Shown here: piece after piece, positions 22,086 through 32,651 of the stretch
Numbering within the stretch: position 1 is the first letter of the stretch
How the letters are laid out: each line of letters starts with the position of its first letter
Assembly (NCBI GenBank): GCA_963675595.2
Contig: CAXXLZ010000002.1
Location: forward strand, 4,256,001-4,320,000
Source of the DNA: Thermodesulfobacteriota bacterium
Lineage (GTDB): Bacteria; Desulfobacterota; Desulfarculia; JACQYL01
Direction: 5' to 3'
Length of the DNA: 64,000 bases
Notes under the pieces: generated by a model
What the model saw: the letters and a program-made list of their open reading frames with translations, nothing else
Database searches by the model: none
What the model was told of the DNA's origin: nothing
Position numbers and translations under genes: made by a program

Positions 22086-22277
22086 ATGAGATTTTCACGT
22101 CACCCCTTCACTGGAATGCTTCAGGTGGACTTCGGGCTTCCGCTTAGAAGAGACGATTTCAATCTGATTCACGATGTCAACGGAAAGACTGTCAGAAGGA
22201 TAGACGACTTCAACTTGGTTAAGGATACGCTCGACCGAACCGTCGAAATATGGAAGCCCAAAATGTACAATGACTGA
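22086..22277 (+). CDS. Small hypothetical protein with an internal RRxDDFNL duplication
   Basis: AAGGAG SD; 63 aa. Confidence 0.55.
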   Translation: MRFSRHPFTGMLQVDFGLPLRRDDFNLIHDVNGKTVRRIDDFNLVKDTLDRTVEIWKPKMYND

Positions 22278-22797
22278 TCCCGCTTTAAAAACTGGTCGCA
22301 GCTTCCGCCGATAATTCTATCTCGGCATGAGATAACCGCTCCCTTACCGAGCCCCTTCGGGGGCTCATCTTCATTTCCTTCCAGCCAAAATTCCCACAAG
22401 CCCTGTCGCGGAATAGCTTCGCTTTCGAGACGTCTCGTATCAGCTTCCCTGTCCTTGTTAATCGAGCCGTACCTGAAGAAACCGGTCGGTCGTCCACCGC
22501 AAAATGGTCAAGGTGTATAACGATCTCAGCGGCGTTGAAAAAAGGCGGCATTCGCGGGATATTGGGGGTGCTCAGGAAAACTTCGAACCTTCAAGCCAAC
22601 ACAAGCCTGCCGACTGCCGTCATAAAGGCCCCGCAGAGCCCCTGTTTGAGAAAGATGCCGCATAATATCGGAGGACCCAAGTTGAAGCTTTTCGTAATGG
22701 CTTACAAACCCATCGCTCTAGTCAATGACACTGATGATATACTGACAAAGTCGTATAACCTTTTTTCATCGGATAGGTAGCATTAAGGAGAATAAAA

Positions 22798-23685
22798 GTG
22801 TCCCTATTCACCATACTCAATAATATAGTCAATCACCCTTTTAACAAATACAATAAGGCTGCGGCGATAGCCATATTTGTAGGTTGGCAAATCGGTAGCA
22901 GATTAGTTCCAGGTGATGTTATTTTTGAATGGGTAAATAATTCCAAACTTGTGGCCAGAACAGGTGAAATTGTTGTTACCGGTAATATTTACTGTGGTCT
23001 TCTTGAATTTCAAGATATGGGTTTCTTGCTTCACGTTTTGAGAGAAAGAGATATTTTTGTTGATATTGGAGCTAATGTTGGAGCCTACACTATTCTGGCA
23101 AGTGCAGCTATTGGTGCAAGCTCCTATTGCTTTGAACCAGTCCCATCAACATACCGTAGGCTAATGACAAATATTAGGCTAAACGCATTAGATAAAAAAG
23201 TTATTTCATTAAATATGGCACTTGGAAATGCAAGAAAACAATTGCTATTTTCTTCAGATGAAAGTGGCACCAGCCATGTCTTGGCAGATAATGAGAAAAC
23301 TAAGAACGAAATTACTGTAAATTGTTCCACTCTTGATGAGGAGCTGAAAGGTGACCCATTTCTAATAAAGATTGATGTGGAAGGATATGAAACTCCAGTA
23401 CTGGAAGGTGCACAACATTCACTTAAGAATCCCAATCTTTGTGGAGTGATTATTGAATTGAACGATTCAGGACAAAGATACGGTTTTGATGAACAAACGA
23501 TATTGCAAATGATGTTTGATCATGGATTTAAAACCTATTCATATTGTCCTTTTGAAAGAAAGCTAAGAATTTTGGGAGGTAAGAACGAATATGAAGGGAA
23601 TACAATTTTTGTAAAGAATATCGATCGCGTCCTAAATAGAATCAATAAAGCTCCAAAGTTTGCTGTTCATGGGGTGTCAATATAG
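22798..23685 (+). CDS. FkbM-family SAM methyltransferase (AT-rich cargo)
   Basis: FVDIGANVG, FEP, IKIDVEGYE. Confidence 0.92.
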   Translation: MSLFTILNNIVNHPFNKYNKAAAIAIFVGWQIGSRLVPGDVIFEWVNNSKLVARTGEIVVTGNIYCGLLEFQDMGFLLHVLRERDIFVDIGANVGAYTILASAAIGASSYCFEPVPSTYRRLMTNIRLNALDKKVISLNMALGNARKQLLFSSDESGTSHVLADNEKTKNEITVNCSTLDEELKGDPFLIKIDVEGYETPVLEGAQHSLKNPNLCGVIIELNDSGQRYGFDEQTILQMMFDHGFKTYSYCPFERKLRILGGKNEYEGNTIFVKNIDRVLNRINKAPKFAVHGVSI

Positions 23686-23807
23686 GTGGATGCATAATCA
23701 AATTAGCTCTACCAGGACTTTAAGGCTTTACGAAGAGGGCAGTGCTCAACTTTAAATCGTGCCGCCCGGTAATTACGGGACGTCGACCATTCCTCCTCCG
23801 ACGACAA

Positions 23808-23999
23808 TTAGAATTCCCGAAGGTCTCCAACGTCGTTCGCAGGCCGGCGTTCTGCTCGATCCGGTCGGTGCAAGGAATTCCGCTCCGAACTCTGCCTGCA
23901 CCAGAACAAATGGGCGTTACCGCGCTTCCGTTCCCGCCACCAGTCCGAAAGGGTCTCATCTTCCTCAAAAGGATGCGTAATCCGAAGTTCCTGTTTCAT
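23808..23999 (-). CDS. Small hypothetical protein, possibly leaderless
   Basis: 63-aa ORF with TTTAAATA 22 nt upstream of the ATG. Confidence 0.35.
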   Translation of the reverse strand: MKQELRITHPFEEDETLSDWWRERKRGNAHLFWCRQSSERNSLHRPDRAERRPANDVGDLREF

Positions 24000-24072
24000 G
24001 GCCACCATTACGGCACGGTGGTATTTAAACCTGTCGAAAAGGGCTCACGAAGAGCCCTCTTCCAACCTACAC

Positions 24073-24945
24073 TCAATCCAGAACGATCTTTCTCCGCGGC
24101 TGGTTTATCAGTTCCCGCACTTGGTCATGCACGGAAGCCATCGCTTCGCGAATCCGGTTCTTGAGGTAACCGCTTTCGCGAATGGACTCGGGCGACCTTC
24201 CGTCGAGCACCGACTCCGCCTGCTGCACGAGTTCCGCCAAGCCATTGTCGTCAAAGACGTTTCTTTGCTTGAAGTGTTCGAAGAACTCGTAGAAGTTCGT
24301 CACCGTCGTTCCTTTGAACTTCTTTGCTTCACCGTCCGGCCCGATACTGAAGCGCTCGCAGATATGCCCGACAAGGTCAGCGAACTCCTCTCGAAGACTC
24401 TGCACGGCAAGCTCACGAGCCTCTTCCATGGTTTGGATGAATTTTCGCTTTTCGCGCTCATACACTTCCGGCGCCAGGAGACCGAACCTGCCGTTGGGGA
24501 CATCAAGAGCCACAAACCGCCACTCGAATGAAAACCGCCTATGAATATCCACGGGGTAGTCCTGCTCATTGAACAGGTCACCGAGGTAGGCAATGGCAGA
24601 GTCCCTGAGCGCCGGATATCGTGAAGCAAAATCGTTGACGAGGTAGCCGAACTCAGATTGAAGCTCCCGCAACTTCTCGTCCACCTCAGTAATCAAGTCT
24701 TTCGGCACGAACATCATGCCGTGGATGGGAAAGGGCAGACTGACCGATGTGAGGTAGAGCCGGGAATTGCCGGCCAACTTCGCAATGGGTTTCAGGCTTT
24801 CCGGGTCCACGAGCTTTTTCGTTGCATGAAGCCATTCGTGGTTGCTGGTCATTTGAGCGAGTTTTCCCTGATCGATCTTTCTTCTCGCTCCCCACATGCT
24901 GATGGAGAGTTGCACCAGGCATCCTTTTTCGAAAATGTTTTCCAT
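24073..24945 (-). CDS. DUF3150-like mobile-element protein
   Basis: L.ISMWGARRKI...TKKLVDP..L.PI pattern; position after DUF1257/DUF2997. Confidence 0.75.
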   Translation of the reverse strand: MENIFEKGCLVQLSISMWGARRKIDQGKLAQMTSNHEWLHATKKLVDPESLKPIAKLAGNSRLYLTSVSLPFPIHGMMFVPKDLITEVDEKLRELQSEFGYLVNDFASRYPALRDSAIAYLGDLFNEQDYPVDIHRRFSFEWRFVALDVPNGRFGLLAPEVYEREKRKFIQTMEEARELAVQSLREEFADLVGHICERFSIGPDGEAKKFKGTTVTNFYEFFEHFKQRNVFDDNGLAELVQQAESVLDGRSPESIRESGYLKNRIREAMASVHDQVRELINQPRRKIVLD

Positions 24946-25037
24946 CGCCGTCTCCTTTCAGAGAAAAGAAAACCCCGATCTCCGACTAACGGAAACCGGG
25001 GCATGCGTTGATTTGTGGTTACAGTGTCGGCGGAAGG

Positions 25038-25238
25038 TCAGCCGCAAAGAGGCAGATACTTCTTAACCGACTCCTTCTCCTCCTGGTAATAGGCCGGTGT
25101 AAGTTCCCGCAAAGTTTCCGCTCCGAGAACCTCTTTCAGGAATTTCGATTCCTCGATACAAGCCTTGCCCTTGAACCCTCTGGTTTCGAGCTTGATCTCG
25201 CCATCCATGGATACTTCCACAATGATTTCCTTCATCAC
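25038..25238 (-). CDS. DUF2997-family protein
   Basis: DGEIKLETRGFKGKAC...LG...TPAYY. Confidence 0.85.
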   Translation of the reverse strand: MMKEIIVEVSMDGEIKLETRGFKGKACIEESKFLKEVLGAETLRELTPAYYQEEKESVKKYLPLCG

Positions 25239-25244
25239 AGCCTC

Positions 25245-25616
25245 CTACATCCGGACGTGGAGCCGGATTGCATTTTCGGTTTTCTTTTCGATCACCGTGT
25301 AGCCTTTACGCCGCGCTTCGGTCCGGGTCTTCTCCACCGCATAGGCCTGCTTCAACAGTCCTCCGTTTACGCCGATTGCTTTTTCCACGTTAGGGTCGTA
25401 GAAGTCGCACTGAAGTTCATACCTGTCATCCATCCTCTGAACGCCGATTTCATAATCCGCACCGGGCAATCGAATGGCATGCTCGCACGCGGCGTTGTTT
25501 CCGTACCACCGGAACTCTTTCCTGCCTTCGAGGAAAATCAGACCCAGCCGATTACACGCAGACTTCAGGACAGCGAGGTCCTTTACTTCGAGTTCGATTT
25601 TGACGATATGACTCAT
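25245..25616 (-). CDS. DUF1257-family protein
   Basis: MSHIVKIELEVKDL..L..A...LG, YEIG, L..D.Y, LKQAYA. Confidence 0.85.
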   Translation of the reverse strand: MSHIVKIELEVKDLAVLKSACNRLGLIFLEGRKEFRWYGNNAACEHAIRLPGADYEIGVQRMDDRYELQCDFYDPNVEKAIGVNGGLLKQAYAVEKTRTEARRKGYTVIEKKTENAIRLHVRM

Positions 25617-26095
25617 CGTATCCTCCGGATCGTTCTGATAGGTTCTTCGTCCCTTCGGCTCGCTCTCCTCGCCCGATTCTCAGCCCAATCCCGGAGCGCT
25701 GAGAGCTGCTCCTTCATGGTTTTGGAAAGCGGAACAATGGTTTCACGGGCGTTTTCCAGGCCATCGAACAGCGAATCCTTGGCCAGCTGCTCGATCTCAG
25801 CGCCTGTCCATTCAGTGAGTTCAGCTGCATACTCGGAAGGTATTTCCGAACCGTATCGTTGATTCATGATTTCGATGATGGCTTCGCGCTCGCTTCTGTT
25901 CGGGATATCCACAAAGAACAGGGCATCAAACCTCCCCGATCGCAGAAACTCAGGCGGAAGCCCCGAGATATCATTGGCGGTTGCCATGACCAGAATCGGA
26001 CTGGTAGTCTCTTGAAGCCACAAGAGCAGATGGCCGAACATGGACGAGGTGGTACCGCCGTCCGTCGCCCCCGAACTTTTGACCCCGGACAGCAC
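25613..26095 (-). CDS. AAA+ ATPase (Ycf46/SpoVK-like), 3' exon
   Basis: TANDISGLPPEFLRSGRFD second region of homology; in frame with the 5' exon after intron removal. Confidence 0.9.
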   Translation of the reverse strand: MLSGVKSSGATDGGTTSSMFGHLLLWLQETTSPILVMATANDISGLPPEFLRSGRFDALFFVDIPNRSEREAIIEIMNQRYGSEIPSEYAAELTEWTGAEIEQLAKDSLFDGLENARETIVPLSKTMKEQLSALRDWAENRARRASRRDEEPIRTIRRIR

Positions 26096-28656
26096 GTAGG
26101 GTAGGCAGCGGCCCTCCTGCAGAAGCAGGCTAAGCCGCCACCCCCCTCCGAACCGTACGTGCGGCTTTCACCGCATACGGCTCTCTACTTACACTTACCT
26201 GGAAATCTCAGGTCAGGCAGAGTCCCGTCATGGAGTTGCCGATGGCAGTGAACGCACAAGACCAGGGTTTTCCGATTGCGTTCACGCATCAGCTCTTTCC
26301 ATGGTTCGTTGCCATCAGCAACGGCACTCATACTCCCGGCGTGGTGCACCTCAAAGTAGCCGCCTGCACGCCCGCAGAACTCGCATTTCTGAGCCCTCAA
26401 ACGAGAAAGGATATCAGAGTACGTGGCCCGATACTTCTTTGTATTGGGTACACTGTCGAGATTCTGCAACAGGGAAGAGCGGTAAAATTTGAGGTCCTTC
26501 AACCTGAAGAGCCGAGTGGTGCGTAATTTCCCATGGTACCATTCGGTAATAGCGTATTCCCCCGGTTCAACCTTCAGACGCCTCCTCACTGTTCTCTTGC
26601 TGCAGCGGTGTTTTCGGGCAAATGTTCTCGTCAAACTTCGGAACCAGACGGACTGCAGTTTCTGCAATGCCCGAACTGCCCCTTGAGCGAGAACATAGTA
26701 ATTGGCAAAGCCCCTCAACTCCGCGTTGTAAATCGTGAGGATTTGTGTATCCATTAGGTTGACCAAGTTAAGTCGGGGCATGACTTCAAAGTTCTCATAG
26801 TTGCCATATCCGTTCTTCTTGCAGAACGCCGCCATCTTATCGCTTGGGACTTTAAGCTGGATTCGACCAGCCCCAAGCCTCCTGGTCGTGTAGGTCCCGC
26901 CAAGTTTTACCTTGACCGATTTTCCCACCGGGTAGGTTGTGATGTCATACCCGAGGAAGCGCGTTTCCTCAGTACAATGACGGAGGCCTGATTTCTCTTC
27001 GGAGATCTGCAGGCGCAAATGTTCTTGGACAAAACCACGAACAGTCTGCATGACCTGCCTGCAATCCTCCTTGGAGCCGATCATGCCGATGAGAAAATCA
27101 TCGGCGTACCGGATATACATCAGTCTCTTGTAACCTTCGTCATGGAAATCCAAGGAAGGGACTAAACGTCGCATCCTGCAATGTTCCCGAAGTTCGGCTT
27201 CTATTTCTTTGAGCTTTTCGGTCTCCCCAGCCTGCTGAGCCCGGGCGAACCTTATCCTTTGACGACGGACCAGATACTGATAGCGGAGATACTCTTCGTT
27301 CCGGCGTCTTCGCTTTCCCTTGTTGAATTCCTGAACCAGACTTTCCATGAACTCGTCGAGCTCATGAAGGTAAATATTGGCTAGGATCGGGGAAATAATT
27401 CCACCTTGAGGAGTTCCACTATACGTGGCATGGTATTTCCAATCATCAATATAGCCGGCCTTAAGCATGGCCTTGATGAGATTGATGAAACGCCTGTCGT
27501 CAATCCGTTTCTCCAACAGTCTTATCAACACCTTATGGTCGATATTGTCGAAGAAACCCCGGATATCCATGTCGATGATCCACTTAACGCCGGTCCAGTA
27601 TTTCTGAAGATACCGCAAAGCGGTATGACACGATCTTTCCGGACGAAATCCATGCGAGCGATCAGAAAAGATCGGCTCGTAGATTCGTTCCAGAATCGCT
27701 CGTGTCACTTCCTGGATCAGCTTGTCATCTCCGGAAGGTATGCCCAAGGGTCGCAACTTACCGTTGGCCTTGGGGATGTAAACGCGTTTTGATGGTTTGA
27801 ACTTGTAACGACCGTCTTTGAGCAGCTTAATAATGTTCTTTGCCCGCTCATCGGAAAAGCCGTCCAGGGTCACGCCGTCCACGCCCTTCGTCATAGCACC
27901 TTTGTTTGAATAGATATTGGCGTAGGCGTCTTCCCATAAAGTCGGGTTTTCCATGAGCCGAAATAGGCCGTTAACACGTTTCCCCTGCTTGGAGAGTTTT
28001 CCAAGAGCGTTCAACCTCTTGATGGTCGTAGCGGACAGCATCAGCACATCCTCCTTTCAGAGTGTTGAACACGTTGCATAAGCTGTCTTCCTTCCCCCGG
28101 ATAGAGGACCCTTCGTCGATGTCGCCACCGACTTATAGCCATATCCGTATCCCGCAATTGCGAGATCTGCAGAACCCATTACAGGCCCACCTTGGGTACT
28201 ATGAAGACTCCGTCGCCATACAGGTCCGAGCCGTGTGCTCGTGACCAGCTTAGGCGATCCCGCATTTACGCCAGATCAAAGATTCGCCGTGGTTAGGTCT
28301 CCCGTTCGTCCCTTTTATCCTTCTCGTCGAAGGCATGCCGGACAGACGGAATATGCAGGTCGAAAAGTGGGCCTACATACAGTCCGGACTGGCGTTTCAG
28401 CTACTTTCACCAGTGCCCGAGCTACGGCCATGAGGACTGGGGTTCAAGCAGTTTAGCCTTGACCATACACGGCTTACGCTGACATCATCGTTGGTCGTAG
28501 CTACCTTCTTTGATGCCTTTTCCCAACATGCTGCACTCCCCCCTCCCTTTCGGGACAAGGACCATTGCTGGTCAGAGATAAGTTGGGTGCGTACAGGATA
28601 TTTCCGTAATCTTGGTGACTTCCGTCACACTCCTATCTGGCGCCAATACGGCGCAC
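26096..28656 (-). mobile_element. Group II intron, copy 1 (2561 bp)
   Basis: 5' GTGCG at 28656; domain V GAGCCGTATGCGGTGAAAGCCGCACGTACGGTTC at about 26150-26183; 3' end ...CCTAC at 26096. Confidence 0.95.
26185..28047 (-). CDS. ltrA: Group II intron reverse transcriptase/maturase with HNH endonuclease
   Basis: RPLGIP, GTPQGGIISPILANIYL, YIRYADD; C-terminal CEFC..EVHH..LCVHCH. Confidence 0.96.
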   Translation of the reverse strand: MLMLSATTIKRLNALGKLSKQGKRVNGLFRLMENPTLWEDAYANIYSNKGAMTKGVDGVTLDGFSDERAKNIIKLLKDGRYKFKPSKRVYIPKANGKLRPLGIPSGDDKLIQEVTRAILERIYEPIFSDRSHGFRPERSCHTALRYLQKYWTGVKWIIDMDIRGFFDNIDHKVLIRLLEKRIDDRRFINLIKAMLKAGYIDDWKYHATYSGTPQGGIISPILANIYLHELDEFMESLVQEFNKGKRRRRNEEYLRYQYLVRRQRIRFARAQQAGETEKLKEIEAELREHCRMRRLVPSLDFHDEGYKRLMYIRYADDFLIGMIGSKEDCRQVMQTVRGFVQEHLRLQISEEKSGLRHCTEETRFLGYDITTYPVGKSVKVKLGGTYTTRRLGAGRIQLKVPSDKMAAFCKKNGYGNYENFEVMPRLNLVNLMDTQILTIYNAELRGFANYYVLAQGAVRALQKLQSVWFRSLTRTFARKHRCSKRTVRRRLKVEPGEYAITEWYHGKLRTTRLFRLKDLKFYRSSLLQNLDSVPNTKKYRATYSDILSRLRAQKCEFCGRAGGYFEVHHAGSMSAVADGNEPWKELMRERNRKTLVLCVHCHRQLHDGTLPDLRFPGKCK

Positions 28657-31217
28657 GTAGGGTAGGCAGCGGCCCTCCTGCAGAAGCAGGCTAAGCCGCC
28701 ACCCCCCTCCGAACCGTACGTGCGGCTTTCACCGCATACGGCTCTCTACTTACACTTACCTGGAAATCTCAGGTCAGGCAGAGTCCCGTCATGGAGTTGC
28801 CGATGGCAGTGAACGCACAAGACCAGGGTTTTCCGATTGCGTTCACGCATCAGCTCTTTCCATGGTTCGTTGCCATCAGCAACGGCACTCATACTCCCGG
28901 CGTGGTGCACCTCAAAGTAGCCGCCTGCACGCCCGCAGAACTCGCATTTCTGAGCCCTCAAACGAGAAAGGATATCAGAGTACGTGGCCCGATACTTCTT
29001 TGTATTGGGTACACTGTCGAGATTCTGCAACAGGGAAGAGCGGTAAAATTTGAGGTCCTTCAACCTGAAGAGCCGAGTGGTGCGTAATTTCCCATGGTAC
29101 CATTCGGTAATAGCGTATTCCCCCGGTTCAACCTTCAGACGCCTCCTCACTGTTCTCTTGCTGCAGCGGTGTTTTCGGGCGAATGTTCTCGTCAAACTTC
29201 GGAACCAGACGGACTGCAGTTTCTGCAATGCCCGAACTGCCCCTTGAGCGAGAACATAGTAATTGGCAAAGCCCCTCAACTCCGCGTTGTAAATCGTGAG
29301 GATTTGTGTATCCATTAGGTTGACCAAGTTAAGTCGGGGCATGACTTCAAAGTTCTCATAGTTGCCATATCCGTTCTTCTTGCAGAACGCCGCCATCTTA
29401 TCGCTTGGGACTTTAAGCTGGATTCGACCAGCCCCAAGCCTCCTGGTCGTGTAGGTCCCGCCAAGTTTTACCTTGACCGATTTTCCCACCGGGTAGGTTG
29501 TGATGTCATACCCGAGGAAGCGCGTTTCCTCAGTACAATGACGGAGGCCTGATTTCTCTTCGGAGATCTGCAGGCGCAAATGTTCTTGGACAAAACCACG
29601 AACAGTCTGCATGACCTGCCTGCAATCCTCCTTGGAGCCGATCATGCCGATGAGAAAATCATCGGCGTACCGGATATACATCAGTCTCTTGTAACCTTCG
29701 TCATGGAAATCCAAGGAAGGGACTAAACGTCGCATCCTGCAATGTTCCCGAAGTTCGGCTTCTATTTCTTTGAGCTTTTCGGTCTCCCCAGCCTGCTGAG
29801 CCCGGGCGAACCTTATCCTTTGACGACGGACCAGATACTGATAGCGGAGATACTCTTCGTTCCGGCGTCTTCGCTTTCCCTTGTTGAATTCCTGAACCAG
29901 ACTTTCCATGAACTCGTCGAGCTCATGAAGGTAAATATTGGCTAGGATCGGGGAAATAATTCCACCTTGAGGAGTTCCACTATACGTGGCATGGTATTTC
30001 CAATCATCAATATAGCCGGCCTTAAGCATGGCCTTGATGAGATTGATGAAACGCCTGTCGTCAATCCGTTTCTCCAACAGTCTTATCAACACCTTATGGT
30101 CGATATTGTCGAAGAAACCCCGGATATCCATGTCGATGATCCACTTAACGCCGGTCCAGTATTTCTGAAGATACCGCAAAGCGGTATGACACGATCTTTC
30201 CGGACGAAATCCATGCGAGCGATCAGAAAAGATCGGCTCGTAGATTCGTTCCAGAATCGCTCGTGTCACTTCCTGGATCAGCTTGTCATCTCCGGAAGGT
30301 ATGCCCAAGGGTCGCAACTTACCGTTGGCCTTGGGGATGTAAACGCGTTTTGATGGTTTGAACTTGTAACGACCGTCTTTGAGCAGCTTAATAATGTTCT
30401 TTGCCCGCTCATCGGAAAAGCCGTCCAGGGTCACGCCGTCCACGCCCTTCGTCATAGCACCTTTGTTTGAATAGATATTGGCGTAGGCGTCTTCCCATAA
30501 AGTCGGGTTTTCCATGAGCCGAAATAGGCCGTTAACACGTTTCCCCTGCTTGGAGAGTTTTCCAAGAGCGTTCAACCTCTTGATGGTCGTAGCGGACAGC
30601 ATCAGCACATCCTCCTTTCAGAGTGTTGAACACGTTGCATAAGCTGTCTTCCTTCCCCCGGATAGAGGACCCTTCGTCGATGTCGCCACCGACTTATAGC
30701 CATATCCGTATCCCGCAATTGCGAGATCTGCAGAACCCATTACAGGCCCACCTTGGGTACTATGAAGACTCCGTCGCCATACAGGTCCGAGCCGTGTGCT
30801 CGTGACCAGCTTAGGCGATCCCGCATTTACGCCAGATCAAAGATTCGCCGTGGTTAGGTCTCCCGTTCGTCCCTTTTATCCTTCTCGTCGAAGGCATGCC
30901 GGACAGACGGAATATGCAGGTCGAAAAGTGGGCCTACATACAGTCCGGACTGGCGTTTCAGCTACTTTCACCAGTGCCCGAGCTACGGCCATGAGGACTG
31001 GGGTTCAAGCAGTTTAGCCTTGACCATACACGGCTTACGCTGACATCATCGTTGGTCGTAGCTACCTTCTTTGATGCCTTTTCCCAACATGCTGCACTCC
31101 CCCCTCCCTTTCGGGACAAGGACCATTGCTGGTCAGAGATAAGTTGGGTGCGTACAGGATATTTCCGTAATCTTGGTGACTTCCGTCACACTCCTATCTG
31201 GCGCCAATACGGCGCAC
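28657..31217 (-). mobile_element. Group II intron, copy 2 (2561 bp), directly abutting copy 1
   Basis: Same ends as copy 1; junction ...CCTAC|GTGCG at 28657/28656. Confidence 0.95.
28746..30608 (-). CDS. ltrA: Group II intron reverse transcriptase/maturase with HNH endonuclease (protein identical to copy 1)
   Basis: Identical 620-aa translation. Confidence 0.96.
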   Translation of the reverse strand: MLMLSATTIKRLNALGKLSKQGKRVNGLFRLMENPTLWEDAYANIYSNKGAMTKGVDGVTLDGFSDERAKNIIKLLKDGRYKFKPSKRVYIPKANGKLRPLGIPSGDDKLIQEVTRAILERIYEPIFSDRSHGFRPERSCHTALRYLQKYWTGVKWIIDMDIRGFFDNIDHKVLIRLLEKRIDDRRFINLIKAMLKAGYIDDWKYHATYSGTPQGGIISPILANIYLHELDEFMESLVQEFNKGKRRRRNEEYLRYQYLVRRQRIRFARAQQAGETEKLKEIEAELREHCRMRRLVPSLDFHDEGYKRLMYIRYADDFLIGMIGSKEDCRQVMQTVRGFVQEHLRLQISEEKSGLRHCTEETRFLGYDITTYPVGKSVKVKLGGTYTTRRLGAGRIQLKVPSDKMAAFCKKNGYGNYENFEVMPRLNLVNLMDTQILTIYNAELRGFANYYVLAQGAVRALQKLQSVWFRSLTRTFARKHRCSKRTVRRRLKVEPGEYAITEWYHGKLRTTRLFRLKDLKFYRSSLLQNLDSVPNTKKYRATYSDILSRLRAQKCEFCGRAGGYFEVHHAGSMSAVADGNEPWKELMRERNRKTLVLCVHCHRQLHDGTLPDLRFPGKCK

Positions 31218-32141
31218 CTTCTCGAGTTCATCGCACCAGATCACCGCTTTCCCGAAAGCATCAATCGTTGCAGTAGCTTGCCTCATCTTACGTTCGCTCT
31301 CTCCGACGAGAGAACCTTTCAAAGCGGACAAATCCAACCGGATGAGCGGCCATCCGAGGATCGAAGCGGCTGCTTTGCAGGAGAGCGATTTCCCGCAGCC
31401 CGGCACCCCTACCAAAAGTAACGCCTTGGGCCTCGGCAGATGCTCGTTTCCAGGCTCGAAGGCTTTCTTTCGGTTGTTGATGTACTCCTTCAGGAGATCG
31501 AGGCCTCCGACTTCCTCGATGGACACCGGCGGCCAGAACTCCATCAGTCCCGTGCGTTTGATCATCTGCTTTTTCTGCTCGGTAACGATCTCCCTGCAGA
31601 ACCGTTTTCGTTCCACCAAGGACCTGGCAAACGCGGTCTCAGCCTCGAACTCGGTAAGTCCCAGGGCGGCTTCCACAGCCTCCACGTCGGCTTCGATCCC
31701 CACGCTCTCCCCAAGCTCTTCCTGAATCCTGCGAAGCTCCTCAAGCCCCGGAAGTTCAAAGTCCAGCATGGTGAAATACTTTTCCAGCTCCGCCGGCAGG
31801 CTTACCTGAGGCCCAACCAAGACCAGACAACATCCTTGGCCTTTCCAGGAGGGCAGGCTGTTCTGGATTTCCTGGATGATATCCACGGAACCTAAAGAGT
31901 GGTGGAAGTTGTGCACGAAGAGCACGGTGTCCTCTTTTCCCGAGAGCCACTTGAGACTGCTCAATGGATCACTGGAATCGTCGTTTCGCATGCCGGACTG
32001 CAAATCCACGATGCCGCGTTGACAATCCCAGGAAAACGTCCTCCATCCTTCGGGTCGAATGGAGCCGACCGCTCGATCCGGTTCAAGGGTGACGATGTAA
32101 AGCGCCGGATACCCGGCTTTGAGATAACTCGAAATGTCCAT
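31218..32141 (-). CDS. AAA+ ATPase (Ycf46/SpoVK-like), 5' exon (308 codons)
   Basis: GVPGCGKS Walker A, IWCDELEK Walker B ending at the intron; spliced product 468 aa. Confidence 0.9.
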
Positions 32142-32269
32142 ATCGTTCTCCTTCCGTTCGGAAATAGAAAAGGCCGCTTCCGACGCACGGCCGAAAACAG
32201 CCCATAAAAAAAGCGGCCGAAGCCGCCGCCCTCCATGCTCTTTGATTCCGTTCTTCTTTTCTTCTTTGT

Positions 32270-32575
32270 TCAGAAGAGATACTCCTCCACGAGTTCGTAG
32301 GGAAATTCCTCCACTTCCGCTTCTTCGTTGAACTGCTCGAGCCCGCCTCTGCCGGCCACCGGCTCCTCCACCGGCTCCTCCACCGGAACAGCCCTGCAGA
32401 GGATCAAATGTCCACCGAACCTTTGTCGCAAAACCCCGAGTTCTGAAACCGCCTCGACCGGGTCTCGGAATCCAACCGGGTCATCCTGACCCACCACCAT
32501 GAGCCCCAGCGGATGACGGGGATTGATGATGATGTAGACCGAAGCCTCGGTCTCGTTGATTTCGACTGACCGCAT
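32270..32575 (-). CDS. Hypothetical protein
   Basis: AAGGAG SD; 101 aa. Confidence 0.65.
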   Translation of the reverse strand: MRSVEINETEASVYIIINPRHPLGLMVVGQDDPVGFRDPVEAVSELGVLRQRFGGHLILCRAVPVEEPVEEPVAGRGGLEQFNEEAEVEEFPYELVEEYLF

Positions 32576-32651
32576 AACCGTTCTCCTTTCGTAAGAGACA
32601 AAAAAACCGCCCTAAGACGGCTACTGACTCATTCCAGGACAAGAAGTTCAA

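Noticed and set aside
22285-23720. Integron cassette around FkbM
   Set aside because: No convincing attC (RYYYAAC...GTTRRRY) structure or integron integrase seen.
26185-30608. RTs as DGR, retron or defence RT
   Set aside because: They have YADD, maturase and HNH domains and sit inside intron RNA with GTGCG, domain V and AC ends.
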